From IMG/VR virus record IMGVR_UViG_3300020219_000001: a stretch of DNA of 64,000 bases. One strand, given 5' to 3'. Position 1 is the first letter of the stretch; every line of letters starts with the position of its first letter. This DNA is from an uncultured virus (IMG/VR IMGVR_UViG_3300020219_000001). Taxonomy: Duplodnaviria; Heunggongvirae; Uroviricota; Caudoviricetes. The notes under the pieces are model-generated. The model did no database searches, was not told where the DNA came from, and saw only the letters and a program-made list of their open reading frames with translations. The position numbers were made by a program, and so were the translations under genes. This document shows positions 58,652 to 64,000 of the stretch, in pieces.

Positions 58652-59554
58652 ATGGAAATCGTCGCCACACTTGATCTCGACCAACTTCTCGAACCGAAGT
58701 ACATCCTCCGCGAACTGAATCGACAGTCCGCCGAGTATCTGGAACTCCGAGATGGGATTCGCGAACTGGGCCTGACGAACTGCGGGTGCGCTCGCTACAC
58801 GGAGGACCCGGACAAGTTCGAGATCGTAGACGGGTGGTTTCGATTCAATGCGATCAAGGACCTCGGCCACAAGTCGATGCCCTTCATCCTGCAACATCTC
58901 ACAGACTCGCAAGCACTGGCTAAGCAGGTCTCGGCTCAGGCACACCGCCCAGAGACGACGCCCGTTCAGATGGCCAGACACTTGAAGCTGTTGCAACTCC
59001 ACTCGCCGGAGATGCGGTTGAGTGACCTGGCGGCTTCCATCCAGAAGTCGCCCGACTGGGTGTCACGGACGCTCGGACTGTTGAACCTCCTCCCTGGAAT
59101 CCAGGAGTTGGTTGACGGCGACAGGATGGCCACGCTCAACGCCTACATGCTCGCCAAGCTGCCCCCGTCGTGGCAAGGGAACTACATCGAGCACGCGAAG
59201 CACATGAACACCAGGGAGTTCAGCGCCCTGATGCGAACGGTGCTAAGAGACATGCGACTCGATCACCGTGCCGGACGCTTGAAGGCCAAGTTCAAATCCT
59301 TCGAGGCCATCCCGCACTTACGGACAGTCAACGAAATCTTAGCGGAGCTTGCAAGTAGCGAGGCGGCTAACACTGAGGTTAATCGGAAGCGAGACCCAAG
59401 AGATGCCTGGGACGCCGCCCTGAAGTGGGTCCTGCATCTGGATGACAAGAGCAAAGAGAAGCAGCGTCGGTTAGCTGAAGACCGTAACCAAAAACACGAG
59501 ATCGAAAGGAAAGCCTATGTCGAAGCGATTGACTCAGTAGTCCCAGACCCTTAA
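58652..59554 (+). CDS. ParB/Spo0J-like protein
   Basis: L..GIRELGL, EIVDGWFRFNA, HTH LSDLAASIQKSPDWVSRTLGLL. Confidence 0.8.
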   Translation: MEIVATLDLDQLLEPKYILRELNRQSAEYLELRDGIRELGLTNCGCARYTEDPDKFEIVDGWFRFNAIKDLGHKSMPFILQHLTDSQALAKQVSAQAHRPETTPVQMARHLKLLQLHSPEMRLSDLAASIQKSPDWVSRTLGLLNLLPGIQELVDGDRMATLNAYMLAKLPPSWQGNYIEHAKHMNTREFSALMRTVLRDMRLDHRAGRLKAKFKSFEAIPHLRTVNEILAELASSEAANTEVNRKRDPRDAWDAALKWVLHLDDKSKEKQRRLAEDRNQKHEIERKAYVEAIDSVVPDP

Positions 59555-59591
59555 CCCCGTTTCTTTTTTCTGTTTCTTTCTTGAGGTAGTA

Positions 59592-60335
59592 ATGTCTGAC
59601 AACTCGTTAATGACTCTTGGCAACCGTCTTCCGTCCACGCAACTCGGTGGGGATGAGATTTACGGTGATCTCGCCAAGGGTTCGGATTTCTTGGGCCGTT
59701 TGCAATTGTTCACGAAGGGCAACGCCATCAACCGCCGGTTGATCGCCCCTGGTGAATACGGCATTCCGGTGTCGGAGGATGAAGTCATCGTTCTCGGTGA
59801 CAGTGTCGATGTCATGCCGCTTGCTCGTCGCCCCAAAGCGATCGACATGAGCGACAAGGACGCGATCATCACGAACTACGACGCCCACTCGGAAGTCTTC
59901 AAGGGCATCGCCGCGCGATCTGGAGAGCAAGACTCCGGGTGCATGTACGGTATCTCGTTCCTCGTGATCGAGCGCACCACCGGCCGCTTCCTGGAGTTCT
60001 TCGCTGGTACCAAGACCGCCCGCACCGAAGCGGGGAAGATTTTCGGCTTCTTGCCAATCAACCAGGAGGCGATCGACGCCTTGGCCGCACGAGGCCAGGA
60101 CGTGTCCAAGTTGGAGCCGCATGGCCCGCTTGCGATGACGCTGAAGGTCCGATTGATCGAGAAGGGTTCTTTCTCGTGGCACGGCCCCGTGGTCCTGAAG
60201 TGCTCGACTCCGTTCCTGAACCTCCCCACGGAGGAGAAGGCCATCGCGGAGATCGAGAAGTTCTTGACCGTCAAGGACGAAGGCGTCGAGAAGGTCGAAG
60301 AGCCGGCGAATAAGAAGAGCAAACGCTCTCGGTAA
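59592..60335 (+). CDS. Putative ssDNA-binding/replication protein
   Basis: Position in the replication operon; FLGRLQL, WHGP. Confidence 0.5.
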   Translation: MSDNSLMTLGNRLPSTQLGGDEIYGDLAKGSDFLGRLQLFTKGNAINRRLIAPGEYGIPVSEDEVIVLGDSVDVMPLARRPKAIDMSDKDAIITNYDAHSEVFKGIAARSGEQDSGCMYGISFLVIERTTGRFLEFFAGTKTARTEAGKIFGFLPINQEAIDALAARGQDVSKLEPHGPLAMTLKVRLIEKGSFSWHGPVVLKCSTPFLNLPTEEKAIAEIEKFLTVKDEGVEKVEEPANKKSKRSR

Positions 60336-60411
60336 TTGAACAGTCGCCGGTGTTGAGTGTAATAACTAAGGACGAGCAGCCGGGCGGTCAACCCGCCCGG
60401 CTTTCAAACCA

Positions 60412-60924
60412 ATGAAGCCAGTCGCGATCCTCATCACCGAACCATCGGTGAACTTCTCCAAGCTGGTGTCGATCTCACACCAAGCGTTGGGCTACTCAGT
60501 CGCGGCGTCCAGTGACGCCAGCAACAAGACGCAGCACGCTGCGGAGAAGTTTCTGTCCTGTCTGGCTGCCCTGAGAGACCAACACGCAACCGTGGGTCTC
60601 TCCCCGAGCCTGCTGGCTCACGTGTCCTTCTCGATCCTCGTGGTCGCCGAAGAGTTGGACACCATCGAAGTCCTCGAATGCACCGGCGGGATGCCACTGG
60701 TGAGCACGGAGACTGTCGCACGAGGAGTTCAGTTGACGGTCCTGACAGGAACACTCGCCCAGTGGCGAGACGCCGTGGTAACCGGTAGTCGCAGGACAGG
60801 GGCAGTGCAAGCGTTGTACTGCCAGATCATGGGCGAGTTTGAAGCTCGCAATCTGAACGTCTGGCAAGACTTCAGTAAGAAACCATCCGGGACCATCTTC
60901 CTACTTGAGGATAAGCGCAAATGA
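60412..60924 (+). CDS. Degenerate ThyX-like protein
   Basis: LLAHVSFSILV and VLTGTLAQWR resemble ThyX ends; RHR signature absent. Confidence 0.4.
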   Translation: MKPVAILITEPSVNFSKLVSISHQALGYSVAASSDASNKTQHAAEKFLSCLAALRDQHATVGLSPSLLAHVSFSILVVAEELDTIEVLECTGGMPLVSTETVARGVQLTVLTGTLAQWRDAVVTGSRRTGAVQALYCQIMGEFEARNLNVWQDFSKKPSGTIFLLEDKRK

Positions 60925-62888
60925 CTGAAGTGATGGATTGTAAGCTGATTACGGAGACTGCTAAGGGCACCCGTATTAAGTCCGCCGCGCAGCTTGCTTT
61001 TAACGACGGCCGCATCGAGTTCATCAAGTCGCCCTTCTCGTTGAAGAACGAGATCAAGGCGATGAAGGGGAGCAAGTGGCACGGCTTCGACGAGAAGCCC
61101 CGCAAGATTTGGTCAGTCGAAGACTGCCCGCGGAACCGCTTCCAGCTTTCAGCGTTGATGGGCAACGACCCCTACGAGTGGTTCGATCGCGACCTTGAGA
61201 AGCAGAAGTACGAACGCCCGTTGATGGATCACCAATGTGATCTCGCGGACGCTGGCCTAACGTACCACTACCAGATTTGGGCGGCCGAGATGGGCGTCGG
61301 TAAGACGCTCGCGGCCATCGAAGTCATCGAGCGATCTGGTGTGAAGGAATGGTTCTACGTCGCTCCTAAGGCGGTGCTGAAAGCAATCGCCCGCGAGTTT
61401 AAGAAGTGGGGCCTCGACCCGTCCATCAAGGTGGAGCTTATCACCTACGAAGGGCTAAACACCCTAATCGACAGTTGGCCCAAAGACAAGGTCCCGCCGC
61501 AAGGTGTGATCTACGACGAGTCCAGCCGTCTGAAGACGGAAGGATCGCAACGCACACGAGCAGCCCAGAAGCTCGCGGACATGATCCGCGCCCACTTCAA
61601 CTACGACGGCTTCGTGATCCTGATGAGCGGCACGCCGTCGCCGAAGACACCGGTGGACTGGTGGAGCCAAGCCGAGATCGCCTGGCCGGGCTTCCTACGA
61701 GAAGGCAGCCCGAAGGCTCTCGAACAACGGCTCGCCTTCATGGTCAAGGAGGAGTTCGACTCCGGACCGTTCATGCGACGGATCGGCTGGAAGGACGACG
61801 AGTTCAAGTGTAACACGTGTGGTGCTCGCTATGAGGATGGCCCGCACGACATGGAACAGATGCTCGAAGAGGGGCAACAGTTTCACCAGTTCGAGGGAAG
61901 CAAGAACGAAGTCGAACTCATGTTCGACCGCCTCATCGGCCTGGTCATCGTCAAGCGGAAGAAGGAGTGCTTGAGCCTGCCAGACAAACGGTATCGCAAG
62001 ATCGTCTGCAAGCCCAACAAGTCGGTGATGCGAGTCGCGCAAGCGATCGTCAACTCCGCAGAGAGTGCGATGCAGGGCAACCTCCAGCTTCGCGAACTCT
62101 CGGATGGCTTCCAGTACCGCGAAGTCGAAGACGGTAAGGTCCCCTGCCGACACTGTGCTGCCACCGGTGAAGTCGCTGAGTGGTACGACCGCGAAGACAA
62201 GGAGCGAACCTTCTCTGCGATCGACATGCTCAGCGCCGAGAAGGTACAGCGACTTGAGAAGCACATGATCGAATGTCCCGCCTGCGAGGGGACGAAGGAA
62301 GTCAAGAAGCTCAAGCGGGTAACGAAGGAAGTGCCCTGCCCGAAGGATGACGCGCTCAATCAACTCCTGGAGGAGAACGACGAGCACGGCCGCATTGTGA
62401 TCTTCGCCGGGTTCACCGGCTCCGTTGATCGCTGTGTGCGGCTATGCACCAAGAAGAACTGGGATGTCGTGCGATGCGACGGCCGCGGCTTCGAGGTGTT
62501 CAAGTGCGACTCCAACGGTGATGTCAAGATTCTCAGCGGTGTGGATGCCCTGGACTACTGGGCAGATCGCGAGAACTTGCGAGTCGCGTTCGTCGCTCAC
62601 CCGGAGTCCGGGGGAATGGGACTGACGCTGACCGAAGCCTGCATGGCCGTGTTCTGGTCGAACTCGTTCAAGCCGGAGTACCGGACGCAGTCTGAAGATC
62701 GTATTCACCGGCCGGGTATCGACGAGAACCTCGGTGCCACGATCGTAGACCTCATCCATCTACCGTCTGACGACCGAGTCCTCCAGGTCATCCAGCAGGA
62801 TCGCCATCTGGAACTGATGACGATGGGTGAGTTCAAGGATGTGCTCGACATCGAAGTCGAAGGCGAAGAGTTGACGCTAGCAGCATAA
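60921..62888 (+). CDS. SNF2-type SF2 helicase with Zn-finger inserts
   Basis: EMGVGKT, YDESS, SGTP, GGMGLTLT, QSEDRIHRPG; CNTC, CRHC, CPAC. Confidence 0.9.
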   Translation: MTEVMDCKLITETAKGTRIKSAAQLAFNDGRIEFIKSPFSLKNEIKAMKGSKWHGFDEKPRKIWSVEDCPRNRFQLSALMGNDPYEWFDRDLEKQKYERPLMDHQCDLADAGLTYHYQIWAAEMGVGKTLAAIEVIERSGVKEWFYVAPKAVLKAIAREFKKWGLDPSIKVELITYEGLNTLIDSWPKDKVPPQGVIYDESSRLKTEGSQRTRAAQKLADMIRAHFNYDGFVILMSGTPSPKTPVDWWSQAEIAWPGFLREGSPKALEQRLAFMVKEEFDSGPFMRRIGWKDDEFKCNTCGARYEDGPHDMEQMLEEGQQFHQFEGSKNEVELMFDRLIGLVIVKRKKECLSLPDKRYRKIVCKPNKSVMRVAQAIVNSAESAMQGNLQLRELSDGFQYREVEDGKVPCRHCAATGEVAEWYDREDKERTFSAIDMLSAEKVQRLEKHMIECPACEGTKEVKKLKRVTKEVPCPKDDALNQLLEENDEHGRIVIFAGFTGSVDRCVRLCTKKNWDVVRCDGRGFEVFKCDSNGDVKILSGVDALDYWADRENLRVAFVAHPESGGMGLTLTEACMAVFWSNSFKPEYRTQSEDRIHRPGIDENLGATIVDLIHLPSDDRVLQVIQQDRHLELMTMGEFKDVLDIEVEGEELTLAA

Positions 62889-62926
62889 CACCACTTTCAC
62901 CATCAACCAAGGTCCGAGTTCTGAGT

Positions 62927-64000
62927 ATGAAGTTGAACGACAAGAAGGTCACCGAGATTAAGCGGGACCTGGCTGATAATAAGCCGCAACCTGAGATCGC
63001 TAAGAAGTTCAAGATCAGCCGCTCGACGGTGTCCGACATCGCGACAGGTCGCATCCATAAGAAGGTCCCTTGGCCGGACGGCGATCAACCGATCAAACGA
63101 GCGGGTGGCCAGCGCAAAGCTGTTCCTGGCTTTGATCCGACCGACGAGCGAGTACGCGAGCTAGAAGCCGACAACCTGCATCTTCGCGAGGAACGGGATC
63201 ACGCACGCAAGTCCTTGCGGATGTCGAACAAGGAGCACGGTGTCTTCAAGGCAATCGTGAAGGAGATGGATGCCCGCATCCACCCCTTCAAGGCTCTGCC
63301 GCCGGCTCGACCAACGCGGGTGACCAAGGACACGATCGACGAACACGTGGTGCTCCATCTCAGCGACGGCCACCACGATCAGATCGTGACGCCCGAAGAG
63401 AGTGGTGGGTTGGAGGATTACAACTTCCCCATCTCGTGTCGCCGCGCCGAGGTGCTGGTTGACACGCTGCTGGACTGGACCCAGAAGACACTGAGTCCGC
63501 GGTTCAAGTTCCGGGTCTGTACGGTGTTCGCTTACGGTGACCACACCAGCGGCGAGATTCACGGTGCTGTTCAGCGATCGTACTTCCGCAACCAGTTCAA
63601 GAACTGCTTCGCGATCGGTCAGCTTCACGGCCTGATGTACCGAGACTTGGCCGCCTCGTTCGACCAGGTGAATGTGGTCTACCTCGCAGGTAACCACGGC
63701 CGCCGCTCGGTCAAGAAGGACTACCACGGTGCTCACGACAACTGGGACTACCTCGTCGGTGAGACGGCCCGGATGCACTGCCGGGATATGCCGAACATCA
63801 ACTTCCTGATCCCGAACGCCTTCAGCGTCAACGTGGACGTGAACGGTGTTGGCTTCAACCTGAGTCACGGCGACGACGTGCAAGGGAGCAGCGGGATTCC
63901 ATTCTACGGAATGGTCCGCCGCCAGAAGGGTTTGATCGCCCTCAACTCGATCAATGGTAAGCAACGGATTCGCTACTTCTGCATGGGCCACCATCACGTT
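62927..64000 (+). CDS. HTH-fused calcineurin-like metallophosphoesterase (truncated at window end)
   Basis: Translated by hand: EIAKKFKISRSTVSDI; LSDGH, GD, GNHGR, HGD, GHHH. Confidence 0.85.
   Translation, partial: MKLNDKKVTEIKRDLADNKPQPEIAKKFKISRSTVSDIATGRIHKKVPWPDGDQPIKRAGGQRKAVPGFDPTDERVRELEADNLHLREERDHARKSLRMSNKEHGVFKAIVKEMDARIHPFKALPPARPTRVTKDTIDEHVVLHLSDGHHDQIVTPEESGGLEDYNFPISCRRAEVLVDTLLDWTQKTLSPRFKFRVCTVFAYGDHTSGEIHGAVQRSYFRNQFKNCFAIGQLHGLMYRDLAASFDQVNVVYLAGNHGRRSVKKDYHGAHDNWDYLVGETARMHCRDMPNINFLIPNAFSVNVDVNGVGFNLSHGDDVQGSSGIPFYGMVRRQKGLIALNSINGKQRIRYFCMGHHHV

Noticed and set aside
63161..63997. 278-aa minus-strand ORF
   Set aside because: Antisense to the phosphoesterase frame, which carries clear catalytic motifs

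Overview
This window is a large part of a GC-rich tailed (siphovirus-like) phage genome. A Planctomycetota-type host is an inference from the TatA, Tat-signal, CAP and thioredoxin cargo, not proven. Layout: (1) 1-4.1 kb, minus-strand mini-gene cassettes, each with its own promoter, shared leader and terminator, separated by four modular GC-rich repeat arrays; (2) 4.1-5.6 kb, non-coding and palindrome-rich; (3) 5.9-17.2 kb, plus-strand early genes including a serine resolvase, many small ORFs, an RlaP-like nucleotidyltransferase and a 140-nt tmRNA-like RNA; (4) 17.2-20.6 kb, minus-strand accessory genes (tRNA-Trp, TatA, CAP domain, poly-acidic protein); (5) 20.7-52.2 kb, late operon (putative TerS, holin, Tat-signal papain-like protease, thioredoxin, TerL, portal, collagen fibre, scaffold, P22-gp5-like capsid, two tail tubes, tape measure, tail tip, ClpP); (6) 52.2-64 kb, replication genes (HNH, exonuclease, dNMP kinase, primase-helicase, ParB-like, SNF2 helicase, phosphoesterase). 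The strongest leads are the miniature tmRNA mimic, the repeat-separated cassette system, the TatA plus Tat-protease module, a leader peptide shared by scaffold and capsid, and a 138-bp element present twice in inverted orientation. All calls come from reading motifs by eye; no searches were run.
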